DNA of 64,000 bases from an uncultured bacterium (GTDB lineage: Bacteria; Patescibacteriota; JAHJAL01). This document shows, piece after piece, positions 9,724 to 19,665 of the stretch (position 1 is its first letter; each line of letters starts with the position of its first letter). The stretch lies in assembly GCA_938004065.1 (NCBI GenBank), contig CALKWM010000013.1, forward strand, positions 2,457 to 66,456, read 5' to 3'. The notes beneath the pieces are model-generated. The model worked only from the letters and a program-made list of their open reading frames with translations, made no database searches and had not been told where the DNA came from. The position numbers were made by a program, and so were the translations under genes.

Positions 9724-11880
9724 TTATTTATTTCTTTCTTTGTATGGTGGTTTTTGATGGTGGGATTTACTGGAAGAATTTTGTTCTGAATTTAAATTGG
9801 TGGTCAAGTTAATACGGCCTTGAGAATCTATTTCGGATACTTTAACTTGGACTTGGTCGCCAACATTGACGACGTCAGTTACTTTATTGACGCGATGAGG
9901 AGCTAGTTTGGAGATATGAATCAGACCTTCTTGTTTTGGCAGTATTTCTACAAAGGCACCAAAATCCATAATTCTGGTAACAGTACCGGTAAAAATTTCG
10001 CCGGCTTTGATTTCGCGAGTGAGATTTTTGATGAAGTCGGCGGCTTCTTGAGTTTTGACGGCGTCGGTGCCAAAGATAAAGACATTACCATCATCTTCGA
10101 TGTCGATAGTGGTGCCGGTTTTGTCGATAATTTCATTGATCATTTTGCCTCCCGGTCCGATGACTGTACCGATTTGTTCCGGTTTGATTTTGAGGATCAT
10201 GACGCGTGGAGCATATGGAGACAATTCGGATTTTGGTTGGCTGATGGTGGCCAGCATTTTTTGTAATATGTGGAGACGTCCTTTTTGAGCGGAATTGATG
10301 GCGTCTTTGATGATATCGTGGTTAATGCCTTGAACTTTGATATCCATTTGCAGAGCGGTAATACCTTCATCGGCACCGGTTACTTTGAAATCCATGTCAC
10401 CAAAGTGATCTTCATGACCGGCAATATCGGATAAAATTTTGTATTGACCTTGTTCGTTGATTAAAAGTCCCATAGCAACTCCGGAAATTGGTTTTTTGAT
10501 CGGGACGCCGGCTGCCATCAGTGAAAGAGTGCTACCGCAGGTTGAGCCCATGGAAGTGGAGCCGTCAGAAGACAGTGCTTCCGAGACAACGCGAATAGTG
10601 TAAGGAAAGTCTTCTTTGGCGGGGATGACTGGCAATAGAGCTTTTTCGGCTAAGGCGCCATGTCCGATTTCTCTTCTGCCGGGACCACGAAGTGGCCGTA
10701 CTTCGGTTACGGAATACGGAGGAAAATTATAATGATGCATGTATCTTTTGGTTGTTTCAGACGCCATTCCTTCGATGATTTGTTCATCGCTGGTGGAACC
10801 GAGAGTGGTGGAGGTGAGAATCTGAGTGTATCCACGGGTAAAGAGACCGGAGCCATGAACTCGGGGTGAAATGTCAATTTCACATTCGATTGGTCGGATT
10901 TCGTCTAGTTTGCGACCATCGATACGGGTTTCAGTGTTGAAAATCTGATCGCGAACGAATTTTGTCAGAGTTTTTTCCCATGCTGAAGATAGTTGTTTTT
11001 TGGTATATTTGCCGATAGTTTCTTCCAGAGAACCATGTTCGGAAAATAATTTGTCAAATAATGGTTTGATGTTTTGGTCGCGTTCTTTTTTGTCAGAGGA
11101 GCAGATAGTTTCAAAGACTTTATTTTGGACAAAGAAATCATTTACCAATTTATCCAAATTTTCATCAACAGGTTCCGGCTCAATAATTTGAGGTTTTTTC
11201 CCCAATTTGGCCGCCAACTCGTTTTGGATGGGGATACATTTTTTCAATTCATCATGGCCCAGTTTGATGGCTTCGATTATTTTGTCTTCCGGCAATAAAT
11301 TGGCGCCGGCTTCAATCATCATAACCGAATCAGCGGTACCGGAGACGATAAGATCAAGATCGGAAATTTCCAGTTGGGCTTTGGTGGGGTGGGCAATTAA
11401 TTCATTGTTGATACAGGCAACTCGACAAGCGGCGATCGGTCCGGCAAATGGTGCTTCGGCCAGCAATAATGAAGCGGAGGCAGCGATAGTGGCGGCGGTA
11501 GAGGGGTCGTGGTCGGCATCAAGCGAGAGGACACTGACAATGATTTGGATGTCATGGCGAAAATGTTGGGGAAATAGGGGGCGTAGCGGGCGATCAATCA
11601 AACGAGAAGTCAAGACTGCCAGTTCTGATGGACGACCTTCGCGTTTGATAAATCTGGAGCCGACGATTTTGCCGGCGGCGTAGTATTTTTCTTCATAGTC
11701 AACCATGAGAGGGAAATAGTCGATTCCTTCACGAACGTCGGTAGAAATGTTGGTAGTGGCTAAAACCAATGTATCGCCCCAACGGACGGTAACCGCTCCT
11801 TTGGATAGTCTGGCAAATTTGCCGGTTTCAATGGTTAGTTCGTTTTGTCCGTATAAAATTGAAGTTTTGGTTGTTTGCAT
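9724..11880 (-). CDS. pnp: Polyribonucleotide nucleotidyltransferase
   Basis: RLIDRPLRPLF, RREIGHG, GDMDFKV, KH and S1 domains. Confidence 0.99.
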   Translation of the reverse strand: MQTTKTSILYGQNELTIETGKFARLSKGAVTVRWGDTLVLATTNISTDVREGIDYFPLMVDYEEKYYAAGKIVGSRFIKREGRPSELAVLTSRLIDRPLRPLFPQHFRHDIQIIVSVLSLDADHDPSTAATIAASASLLLAEAPFAGPIAACRVACINNELIAHPTKAQLEISDLDLIVSGTADSVMMIEAGANLLPEDKIIEAIKLGHDELKKCIPIQNELAAKLGKKPQIIEPEPVDENLDKLVNDFFVQNKVFETICSSDKKERDQNIKPLFDKLFSEHGSLEETIGKYTKKQLSSAWEKTLTKFVRDQIFNTETRIDGRKLDEIRPIECEIDISPRVHGSGLFTRGYTQILTSTTLGSTSDEQIIEGMASETTKRYMHHYNFPPYSVTEVRPLRGPGRREIGHGALAEKALLPVIPAKEDFPYTIRVVSEALSSDGSTSMGSTCGSTLSLMAAGVPIKKPISGVAMGLLINEQGQYKILSDIAGHEDHFGDMDFKVTGADEGITALQMDIKVQGINHDIIKDAINSAQKGRLHILQKMLATISQPKSELSPYAPRVMILKIKPEQIGTVIGPGGKMINEIIDKTGTTIDIEDDGNVFIFGTDAVKTQEAADFIKNLTREIKAGEIFTGTVTRIMDFGAFVEILPKQEGLIHISKLAPHRVNKVTDVVNVGDQVQVKVSEIDSQGRINLTTNLNSEQNSSSKSHHQKPPYKERNK

Positions 11881-12171
11881 GTTTAAAATAAGTAAATAAA
11901 GAGATAAAATAGATAGTTGTTTTTATCTATTTTCCATACCGATAAATTTTCTTAATGCAATTTCCAAAATGTAGATTTAAAAAAAATAAATGGATTGGAA
12001 ACTGTGTTTAAAAAAATATGGATATTTAAAAAATAGAAAAAACGGATGTTGATATGTTAATTATACTTGATAATGTAAAAAAATATAAAAAAAAGTAGCT
12101 AAAAAATGTGATGAAGAAAAGTGGTATAGCTACTCTTTGATAAACAACTTGTTGATGTAGGTATAAAAGAA

Positions 12172-12441
12172 TTATTTTCTGATACCGAGTTTCTTGATAA
12201 TTTTGTTGTATCTGGTTTCGTCATTTTTTTTCAGGTAGTCGAGTAGTCTTCTTCTTTTGCCAACGAGTTTCAATAATCCCAAACGTGAATGATTGTCTTT
12301 TTTATGTTTTTTTAAGTGTTTGGTTAGATAGTTGATGCGTTCGGTGATGATTGCAATTTGTACCTCGGGAGAGCCGGTATCATCATTGTGAGTTTGGTAT
12401 TTCTTGATAGTCTTTTGTTTGGAACCTTTTGTAAGAACCAT
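12172..12441 (-). CDS. rpsO: 30S ribosomal protein S15
   Basis: [32 protein letters not shown]; rpsO-pnp synteny. Confidence 0.99.
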   Translation of the reverse strand: MVLTKGSKQKTIKKYQTHNDDTGSPEVQIAIITERINYLTKHLKKHKKDNHSRLGLLKLVGKRRRLLDYLKKNDETRYNKIIKKLGIRK

Positions 12442-12474
12442 AGTTGGGGTATAAATTTTTAGATAAGTATTTTA

Positions 12475-12503
12475 ATTTTAACAAATGGAGACCCAAATGT
12501 CAA
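12475..12503 (-). promoter_or_regulatory. Sigma70-type promoter for rpsO
   Basis: Minus strand TTGACA-N17-TAAAAT with TG extension. Confidence 0.6.
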
Positions 12504-12629
12504 AGCTCTGTATAAATTAATACTTACCAAAATTTTAAATTAATAGAAAATATTTCTTACTTATTAATTTGGGTAAGAAAAATCAGAATAAAGATAGTGA
12601 ATTTGGATAATAATTGAATGAAAAGATAT

Positions 12630-14042
12630 TTAGTAATTGTATTCCTCGTCCTCTTTTTCTTCCGGTGGCAGGGTTGGATCAAAAGGTTCGGCGTTGGGAT
12701 CGAAATCCAGGTCTTCAGGGTCAATTTCCGGTTCGTTTGACGTGGATTTTTGGGATTTGATCTGGTTGTTGATTGAATAAGGTGATGACGATGTTTCCGG
12801 ATTTGGTTGGGCGGGGGATTGTGATTTGGTAGAGTCAATATCGTTAGTAGTTTCGTTAGCGATACTGTGTGTTGGAGACGACTGGTTTTGATTGGTGGAG
12901 AGGTGTTTTTCGATGATTTGTAGTACATAATTTTCGGTATCAGCAAGGGTCATGTCGTAAATTTTGAAGCCGCTGGCCTGGTTGTGGCCACCACCTCCCA
13001 ATTCAACCGCAATCGGATTGATGTTGACTGATGGCAATGAACGTAAACTGCCTTTGATGTGTTCAGCGGTTTGGGTGAGCAACATGAAAACATTGATGTC
13101 CGGTAGGTTTTTTATGAGAGCGTCAATGACTCCATGAGTTTGTTCCGGTTTGGCATTGATCTCTTGCAGGTCAGCCAGAGAAATTTTAGACCAAGCAAGT
13201 TTCAGACTGGGTTTGATTTGCAAATTGGTTAGAATTTTACCCCAGCATTTTAGTTCGGATATACTTTGGGTTTTGAATAGGTTTTTGATAATCAGTTGAT
13301 GATTGGCGCCGGCGGCGATCATCTGGGCGGCTACGGTGAGGGCTTTGGATGTGGTGTTATTGTTTTGAAAACTGCCGGTGTCGGACAAAATACCGGTTAA
13401 GATACAGGTGGAAATATCTTTGTCGATTAGGTTTTGGTTTGGTGAAAGAGTTTCGATAATAGAGCTCATTATTTCAGCGACGGAGGAACTTTCGGAATTT
13501 ACAAAATTGAGTTCCCCGTAATTTTCATTGTCCCCGTGGTGATCAATGTTGACGATTGGTATTTCATGAAATAACTCTTGGTTGTCGTGGTAAATATCAC
13601 CGAGATATTCGAGATTGGGAGTGTCTAATGAAATGATTAGATCATAATTGGGGCCGGCATTGGTGAAGCTGATATCGGAGTCGGAGAATTGACCGGTTTC
13701 CGGGGTGATAATGAGATGAATCTTGCTGTCTTCAGTTTTGTATTTTACTTTGTGTGGGGCGGAAGTGTTGCTGGTATCAAGTGTAATGACAAATTCTTTG
13801 GTCGAGTTGATTTTGTTTTGCAATTCGTTAAATCCCGGCAGAAAAGAGGTGTTTTGATCGGATTTTCCGGAAGCGGCAATGGTAACTTTTTTGCCTATTT
13901 TTCCCAATGAATGTTTAAGCGCCAGCGAACTGCCTAAAGCATCTCCGTCGGGATTGTTGTGGCAAACAATCAGGATATTGTTGGCGGATTGAATTTTTTC
14001 AACTATTTGTTGTTTAACGGATAGCTTTGGTTGATTTTCCAT
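12630..14042 (-). CDS. nrnA: DHH/DHHA1 phosphoesterase (NrnA-like oligoribonuclease/pAp phosphatase)
   Basis: HNNPDGDALGS, NIDHH, SDTGSF, GGGGHNQASG; disordered acidic C-tail. Confidence 0.85.
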   Translation of the reverse strand: MENQPKLSVKQQIVEKIQSANNILIVCHNNPDGDALGSSLALKHSLGKIGKKVTIAASGKSDQNTSFLPGFNELQNKINSTKEFVITLDTSNTSAPHKVKYKTEDSKIHLIITPETGQFSDSDISFTNAGPNYDLIISLDTPNLEYLGDIYHDNQELFHEIPIVNIDHHGDNENYGELNFVNSESSSVAEIMSSIIETLSPNQNLIDKDISTCILTGILSDTGSFQNNNTTSKALTVAAQMIAAGANHQLIIKNLFKTQSISELKCWGKILTNLQIKPSLKLAWSKISLADLQEINAKPEQTHGVIDALIKNLPDINVFMLLTQTAEHIKGSLRSLPSVNINPIAVELGGGGHNQASGFKIYDMTLADTENYVLQIIEKHLSTNQNQSSPTHSIANETTNDIDSTKSQSPAQPNPETSSSPYSINNQIKSQKSTSNEPEIDPEDLDFDPNAEPFDPTLPPEEKEDEEYNY

Positions 14043-14280
14043 AAGTGTATGAAGTAAATAATTGGTAGGGATATTAAAATTATTATTCTTTATTGTAACA
14101 TAATATTTCCTGTTACGTCAATACTATTTGTCTTTGATATATTAATGATAATCCTTTGTATATTTTTATTTTAGCTCTTTTTTATGTTTTTGAAAATATT
14201 AATAATGTGTGATAGTATTTATTTGTTTGAAGAGATATAATGGATATAAGGATTACTATTATAAAATTAATGTAAAAATC

Positions 14281-14562
14281 ATGGCCAATATCAAAAGTGC
14301 AAAAAAGAGAATTATTACTGCCAATAAAGCCCGAGTGAGAAATGACCGGAAGCGCAATGTTGCCAAAGGATCGATAAAAGATGTGATAAAACAGGCGGTT
14401 ACGGAAAAGAAATCGGTTGCGGAAATCAAGGATTTGATCAATCGCGCCAATATGAATGTGGATAAAGCGGCGAAAGTTGGGGCCATTCATCCAAATAAAG
14501 CATCTCGTATGAAATCGAGAATGATGAACAGATTGAATAAAGCGGGCGGTAGAGGAAAATAG
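14281..14562 (+). CDS. rpsT: 30S ribosomal protein S20
   Basis: MANIKSAKKR...VDKAAKVGAIHPNKASRMKSR; start moved to ATG 14281. Confidence 0.97.
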   Translation: MANIKSAKKRIITANKARVRNDRKRNVAKGSIKDVIKQAVTEKKSVAEIKDLINRANMNVDKAAKVGAIHPNKASRMKSRMMNRLNKAGGRGK

Positions 14563-14586
14563 GAGAAATCTTAAATCTCAAATTTC

Positions 14587-14620
14587 AAATCCCAAACTTT
14601 TTGGATGTTTGGGATTTGTT
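14587..14620 (+). terminator. Intrinsic terminator after rpsT
   Basis: AAATCCCAAAC...GTTTGGGATTT followed by a T-rich tract. Confidence 0.7.
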
Positions 14621-14665
14621 TTATAATATAGGAAGAAATAGAAAAAATAATTTAATTTAAATAAT

Positions 14666-14800
14666 ATGAAATTGCTTAGGCAAGCTTTTATGATGGTAGT
14701 GGCGATAGTTGTGGTGTTGGTTTTGATCTGGATTGCTAGAGGTTTTTTAAACAATGTGGTGCCCGGTTGGTGGGCTTGGCTTTTGAGTAAATTGCCATAA
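14666..14800 (+). CDS. Small 44-aa single-TM membrane protein (not in ORF track)
   Basis: Manual translation MKLLRQAFMMVVAIVVVLVLIWIARGFLNNVVPGWWAWLLSKLP*; fills the gap up to the holA stop. Confidence 0.55.
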   Translation: MKLLRQAFMMVVAIVVVLVLIWIARGFLNNVVPGWWAWLLSKLP

Positions 14801-14804
14801 AGGA

Positions 14805-15722
14805 CTATCTAAAGATTAATTGGAAAATTATATTGGAAAAATTGTTTTTTCCGGTTTTTAGTTCGATATCGGCTTGAGTTAAGCGGTGGTGGATTTTGAT
14901 TATTTCCGACAAAGAAAAGTTGTTTGCTTGCTTGATTATTTTGGGAATAACGTATGGATGAATTTTCGATTGTTCTTTGATCTGGTTGAGAGTGAAGCCG
15001 AGAGCAGTCAGATCTTTGATAATCAGAATATTTTGAAAATGAGTAGTTAAAGTGGCGAGGATTTTTAATTGATCTTCGCCTTTTTTGATTAGATTGAGGG
15101 CGGTGTTATAAGCTGACAATTTTTTTCTGTTGCCGATTTGATCGGTTAGATCAAAGATTATTTCTTGATGATTCGGGGGAGTTAGGATATCGATTGCGGT
15201 TGTAGTAATGTTGTTGTTGGTGAAGTTTTTAAGTTTTTTGATCTCGTTTGTTAGCTGATAACTATCCGGTGTTTTGTCGATAAGTAGCAATAAGGCCTGA
15301 TGGTCGATTTGGATATTGTTTTGCCGACAATAATTTTGGACCCAGGAAATAAGTTGAGGTTTTTTTAATGGCTGAAATTCAAAAATATTTTTTTTGTTTT
15401 TGGTGAAAAATTTATACAAGTAAGATCTTTTGTCGAGAGTGTTTTTTTCCCAAAAAATAATGTCGATATCGGAGTCGGGGTTTTTAAAAGCATTTTTGAC
15501 AATTTCATGAACTTTATTTTGTTTATTGGCCAGTAGATTTTTGATAATCAATAGTTTTTTTTCGGCAAACAATTGCAGTGGTTTCAGAGTGTTAGAAAGA
15601 GTTTCGGGGTTGATGATTGTGCCATCGATTTGGTCGATTTTGTGGGTTGTTTGTTGTTTGATGGTGGCGTTGATTTGTTGTTGAGCTCGGAAAGTGTCCG
15701 GACCAAAATACAGAGATAGCAT
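14805..15722 (-). CDS. holA: DNA polymerase III delta subunit
   Basis: LYFGPDTF, LF..KKLLIIKN, NEIKKL, IFDLTDQI, ADIELKTG; rpsT-holA synteny. Confidence 0.88.
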   Translation of the reverse strand: MLSLYFGPDTFRAQQQINATIKQQTTHKIDQIDGTIINPETLSNTLKPLQLFAEKKLLIIKNLLANKQNKVHEIVKNAFKNPDSDIDIIFWEKNTLDKRSYLYKFFTKNKKNIFEFQPLKKPQLISWVQNYCRQNNIQIDHQALLLLIDKTPDSYQLTNEIKKLKNFTNNNITTTAIDILTPPNHQEIIFDLTDQIGNRKKLSAYNTALNLIKKGEDQLKILATLTTHFQNILIIKDLTALGFTLNQIKEQSKIHPYVIPKIIKQANNFSLSEIIKIHHRLTQADIELKTGKNNFSNIIFQLIFR

Positions 15723-15747
15723 ATGAAAAATTTAGTAAGTTTAAAAA

Positions 15748-15821
15748 AGCCGTCCATCGGAATTGAACCGATAACCTATGGTTTACGATACCATTGCTCT
15801 ACCAAATTGAGCTAGGACGGC
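15748..15821 (-). tRNA. tRNA-Thr(CGT)
   Basis: Minus strand GCCGTCC-TAGCTCAATTTGGTAGAGC-ATGGT-ATCGTAA-ACCAT-...ATCGGTTCAATTCCGAT-GGACGGC-T cloverleaf; CCA not encoded. Confidence 0.93.
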
Positions 15822-15830
15822 GTGGTAAGA

Positions 15831-15869
15831 AGTATGCGCCCTAGGCGCACCAGATGACTGGAAAAGTAA
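15831..15869. repeat. 39-bp double-hairpin element, copy 2 (loop variant CTA), followed by heptamers and a degenerate copy near 15921
   Basis: AGTATGCGCCCTAGGCGCACCAGATGACTGGAAAAGTAA. Confidence 0.9.
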
Positions 15870-15969
15870 AAAGTAATAAATAAGAAGGGGAGAGTAAAAA
15901 GTAATAAATAAGAAGCAAGAAGTATGCCCCTAGGGTGGAAAGTACCAATGTCCAATATCCAACGATTAA

Positions 15970-18789
15970 TTACAATAATTTTCTGTTTGTCTGATTTTTA
16001 ATTTTTACCATTTCGCCCCAATTGGGGCCGATTTCGAGATCGACTTTGAGTGGAACGGATAATTTGGCAATTGACTCCATGGAATTTTTAAACATATGGG
16101 TGGCTTGTTTGACTTCCTCGTCAGGTACTTCAAAAATCAATTCATCATGAACTTGAGAGATGATTTTGGTTTGTAAATTGTGTTTTCTGATGTCGAAGAA
16201 GGTTTTGACCATGGCCAGTTTCATGATATCGGCGGCGGTACCTTGGATGGGGGTGTTGATAGCGATACGCTCTGCTTGGGATTTGATTTGTTGGGTGCGG
16301 GAGTTGATTTCAGGAACCGGTCGGATGCGGTCGTATAGGGTTTTAGTGTAGCCATGTTCACGAGTGTAGGTAATAGCTTTTTCCATGTAGGATTTGATTT
16401 GTGGGAATTTTTGAAAATATTGATCGATAAATTCTTGCGCTTCGGCAAAGGAGATGTTGAGTTGTCCGGCTATATTGCGTGGTCCGGCGCCGTAGATAAT
16501 GGAAAAATTGATCGTTTTAGCGTTGTTTCGCTCGGTTTCAGTGATTTTCGCCAAAGGTTTGTTGTAGATGATAGAGGCGGTGGAGAGATGAATGTCCTGG
16601 TTTGAATTGAATGCTTTGGTCATGGTTGGTTCTTGGGCGATGTGGGCCATAATTCGTAGTTCTATTTGAGAATAATCGATGGCCAAGATTTGATGTTGTG
16701 GGGGAGCGATGAAGCCCTGGCGAATTTCGCGACCGATTTGCGATTTGACAGGTATGTTTTGAAGATTGGGGTTGGATGAAGAGAGACGACCGGTGGCGGT
16801 AATGGTTTGATTGAAACTGGCATGGATGCGACCATCTGCTTTGACGAGTTTGGGTAGAGTGTCAACATAGGTATTTTTGAGTTTGGTATAGAGACGGTAG
16901 TCTTGAATCAAAGGAATAATCGGATGTTCATTTTTTAATTTGTCGAGTTCGGAAGCGGCGGTTGATAGTCCGGTTTTGGTTTTTTTGATTTTATTGGTGG
17001 AAATATGCAACTTGTGAAATAAAATTTCGGATAGTTGTTGAGTGGAAGAAATATTGAAGTCTGCGCCAGCTATTTTTTGAATTTTTTTGACGATGTTTTG
17101 GATTTTTGCAGTAATAATATGATTGAATTGTGAAAAGTAATTGGTGTCCAGTAGAAATCCGGATTGTTCGATGTGTACCAGGACTTCAATCAATGGCATT
17201 TCAATGTGGGTAAAAATTTTTTCCAGATTTTTGTTTTTTAGTTCCGCAGAAAATTTTTGGTAGAGCTGGTGTGTATAATCGGCGTCTTCGCAGGCGTAAA
17301 TGTTGGCATTTTTTAGATTGACTTTGGCAAAACTTACTTGAGTTGATTTTTTTTCACCGATCAAGAGAGTGATAGGGATCATACGGTGTCCGAGATGATT
17401 GAAAGCCAGATAATCCAGATTGTGAGTATTGGCGGAATTGGGATTAAGCAGATAAGACGCAATCATGGTGTCAAATGCTATGCCTTGAGTGGTGATATTT
17501 TCCAAAAGTAGTGCTTGGATGTCAAATTTGAGATTGTGGCCGAATTTGGGGATTTGAGGATTGGCAAAAATTGGTCCAATGATTGAGAGCGCATCTTTTT
17601 TTGGTAATTGTGTTTCGTCGGTTTCGTGGGCAAGGGGGAGATAATAGGCCTCATCTTTTTTTATCGAAATAGAGATTCCGACCAATTTAGTTTGGTTCAA
17701 TAGATCCAGATCCGATGTTTCGGTGTCGAAAGTAAAGCCGTTTTGCAGTTTGGGGACGAGTTTTTTTAATTTGTCGATGGTGTTGATCAGATGGTATTTT
17801 TTGTTTTTGGGTGTGGTTAGTATTTCAGAGTTGAAAGTTGATGTGGAATTTGGGGAGGTGTTTTGGTTCGGATTGGTAAAAAGTGTGTTTTGGGATGGTT
17901 TGGTGGAGACAGGCAAGCGATCGATCAAAGATTTAAATTCCAGTTTTTGAAATAAATCGATAGCTTTTTGTTGGTTGTATTCTTTGACGATGCAGTTTTG
18001 GATATCAAAGTTGGGAAGTGGTTGATCGGTGATTATGGTGGCCAGTTGTTTGCTTAAAAGAGCCATATCTTTATTTTCCAGGAGATTTTTTTTGACAGCA
18101 GGTTTAAATTCGGTTGTGTCGGGATTATCGCTGAGAAATTGGTAGATATTTTCAATATTTTTGAATTTTTGGATCAAAATGGTGGCAGTTTTTTCGCCAA
18201 TCCCTTTGACGCCGGGAATGTTGTCGGAAGGATCGCCGCGAAGAGCTTTGTAATCGATAATTTGCTTGGGGTTAAAGCCGAATCTTTGTTTGACGGTTTT
18301 GGGGTTATAGAGAACGGTGTCTTTGATGCCACGACGAAGGGTAAAAACTTTGGTGGATTCATCGACCAATTGCAGAGCATCCATATCTCCGGTAACGATA
18401 ATTACCGGAGTGTGATTGGATTTGGTCTGTTTGGCGATGATACCGATGATGTCATCGGCTTCCAGGCCTTCCTGTTCGTAGATCGGGATATTGAGCCCTT
18501 TTAAAATTTCTTTGGTAAGGGGAATTTGCTCGATAAGTTCATCATCGGATTTTTTGCGATGGGCTTTGTATTGTTGATATTGGATGTGTCGAAAAGTGGG
18601 CTTGGGGAGATCGTAGGCGGCTGCGATGTAGGTTGGTTGGAGTTGATTGATGGCGTTTAACAGCATCATGGTAAAACCATAAGCGGCATTGGTGGGAATA
18701 CCGGAGGAAGTAGTGAGGTGGGGGATAGCGTGGTATCCGCGATGGATCAGGGCATTGGCGTCAATTAGTACAAAGATGTTTTTGGACAT
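15970..18789 (-). CDS. polA: DNA polymerase I
   Basis: 5'-3' exonuclease (LIDANALIHRGYHA, GDPSDNIPGVKGIGEKTA), 3'-5' exonuclease (FDTET), polymerase motifs DYSQIELR, KTINFSIIYG, VHDELIFE. Confidence 0.99.
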   Translation of the reverse strand: MSKNIFVLIDANALIHRGYHAIPHLTTSSGIPTNAAYGFTMMLLNAINQLQPTYIAAAYDLPKPTFRHIQYQQYKAHRKKSDDELIEQIPLTKEILKGLNIPIYEQEGLEADDIIGIIAKQTKSNHTPVIIVTGDMDALQLVDESTKVFTLRRGIKDTVLYNPKTVKQRFGFNPKQIIDYKALRGDPSDNIPGVKGIGEKTATILIQKFKNIENIYQFLSDNPDTTEFKPAVKKNLLENKDMALLSKQLATIITDQPLPNFDIQNCIVKEYNQQKAIDLFQKLEFKSLIDRLPVSTKPSQNTLFTNPNQNTSPNSTSTFNSEILTTPKNKKYHLINTIDKLKKLVPKLQNGFTFDTETSDLDLLNQTKLVGISISIKKDEAYYLPLAHETDETQLPKKDALSIIGPIFANPQIPKFGHNLKFDIQALLLENITTQGIAFDTMIASYLLNPNSANTHNLDYLAFNHLGHRMIPITLLIGEKKSTQVSFAKVNLKNANIYACEDADYTHQLYQKFSAELKNKNLEKIFTHIEMPLIEVLVHIEQSGFLLDTNYFSQFNHIITAKIQNIVKKIQKIAGADFNISSTQQLSEILFHKLHISTNKIKKTKTGLSTAASELDKLKNEHPIIPLIQDYRLYTKLKNTYVDTLPKLVKADGRIHASFNQTITATGRLSSSNPNLQNIPVKSQIGREIRQGFIAPPQHQILAIDYSQIELRIMAHIAQEPTMTKAFNSNQDIHLSTASIIYNKPLAKITETERNNAKTINFSIIYGAGPRNIAGQLNISFAEAQEFIDQYFQKFPQIKSYMEKAITYTREHGYTKTLYDRIRPVPEINSRTQQIKSQAERIAINTPIQGTAADIMKLAMVKTFFDIRKHNLQTKIISQVHDELIFEVPDEEVKQATHMFKNSMESIAKLSVPLKVDLEIGPNWGEMVKIKNQTNRKLL

Positions 18790-18801
18790 GGATAGGTGGT
18801 G

Positions 18802-18836
18802 AGTAAGAAGTAAGAAGTAAGAAATAAAAAGTAAGA
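18802..18836. repeat. AGTAAGA heptamer tract just upstream of the polA start
   Basis: AGTAAGA AGTAAGA AGTAAGA AATAAAA AGTAAGA. Confidence 0.85.
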
Positions 18837-18930
18837 TGTTGATATTTGTGGCTGTTTATTTGGGGGAAAATGGGTGTTTGGTAGACTGGTTATTAATTCT
18901 ATTTTAACACGTAATTTTCGGTATATGATA

Positions 18931-18959
18931 TTGACAAATATTTTTATATTTGCTATAAT
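18931..18959 (+). promoter_or_regulatory. Consensus sigma70 promoter
   Basis: TTGACA-N17-TATAAT with TG extended -10. Confidence 0.8.
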
Positions 18960-18998
18960 GCTAGGAAAGAATATATTTATCATTAAGTTGATAAAAAA

Positions 18999-19610
18999 AT
19001 GAGTAATATTGATATTAAAAACTCAGTTGGTGCGCCACCTTCTTTGCAGAGACAAGTGATGGGTATTTTGTCCGGTCCTCAAGCCGAAAAATATGAATTG
19101 GGTCAGGATATAAAAATCGCATATGAATCGACTTTAGAATCTATGAATTATGATGGTAAAGAATTGGGTTTGGGCCTGAGTAAAAATATTCCGGAAAATG
19201 ACAAATTGAAAGTTTTTTTGGTTGAATTGTCAAATAGAGGTTTTGGCGGTATGAAGATTTTTGGCAGAGAAGTAATGACTTCCCCTTTAAAAAGTTTGTA
19301 TAATTATGCAGAAATGAAAACCAAGGAGAAGCGAGATGATAATCAAAGAAGAAATATTGCCAAACCAATCAAGATGGAGACTGATTCAAATCAAATCATT
19401 GCCAATGAAGCAATGAGATTTATGATTGAACGCGCTGGGGAGATAAAGGAAATTGCGAGATTAGATAAGATAACTAGATTGGTTTCAGGTAAGGAAGTTA
19501 AATTAGAAAATAAATCTGCCAATGATAAGGTGAAAAATTTTAGGGAGCTGGTTCTAATTGCTCAAAGAGATTTGGTGAAAAAAGAGTTTAAAAAAGTTGT
19601 AAGAAATTAG
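18999..19610 (+). CDS. Hypothetical protein
   Basis: 203-aa ORF with a consensus promoter and terminator; no recognised motif. Confidence 0.7.
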   Translation: MSNIDIKNSVGAPPSLQRQVMGILSGPQAEKYELGQDIKIAYESTLESMNYDGKELGLGLSKNIPENDKLKVFLVELSNRGFGGMKIFGREVMTSPLKSLYNYAEMKTKEKRDDNQRRNIAKPIKMETDSNQIIANEAMRFMIERAGEIKEIARLDKITRLVSGKEVKLENKSANDKVKNFRELVLIAQRDLVKKEFKKVVRN

Positions 19611-19631
19611 CTTTTTGTACATTTATTGTAT

Positions 19632-19665
19632 AAAAGAGCAGCTTTGTTAAAAGAGCTGCTCTTTA
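19632..19665. terminator. Bidirectional terminator between convergent genes
   Basis: AAAGAGCAGCT...AGCTGCTCTTT. Confidence 0.75.

Noticed and set aside
11881-12171. Structured pnp leader (RNase III autoregulation site)
   Set aside because: Only short AT-rich imperfect inverted repeats; cannot be supported by eye
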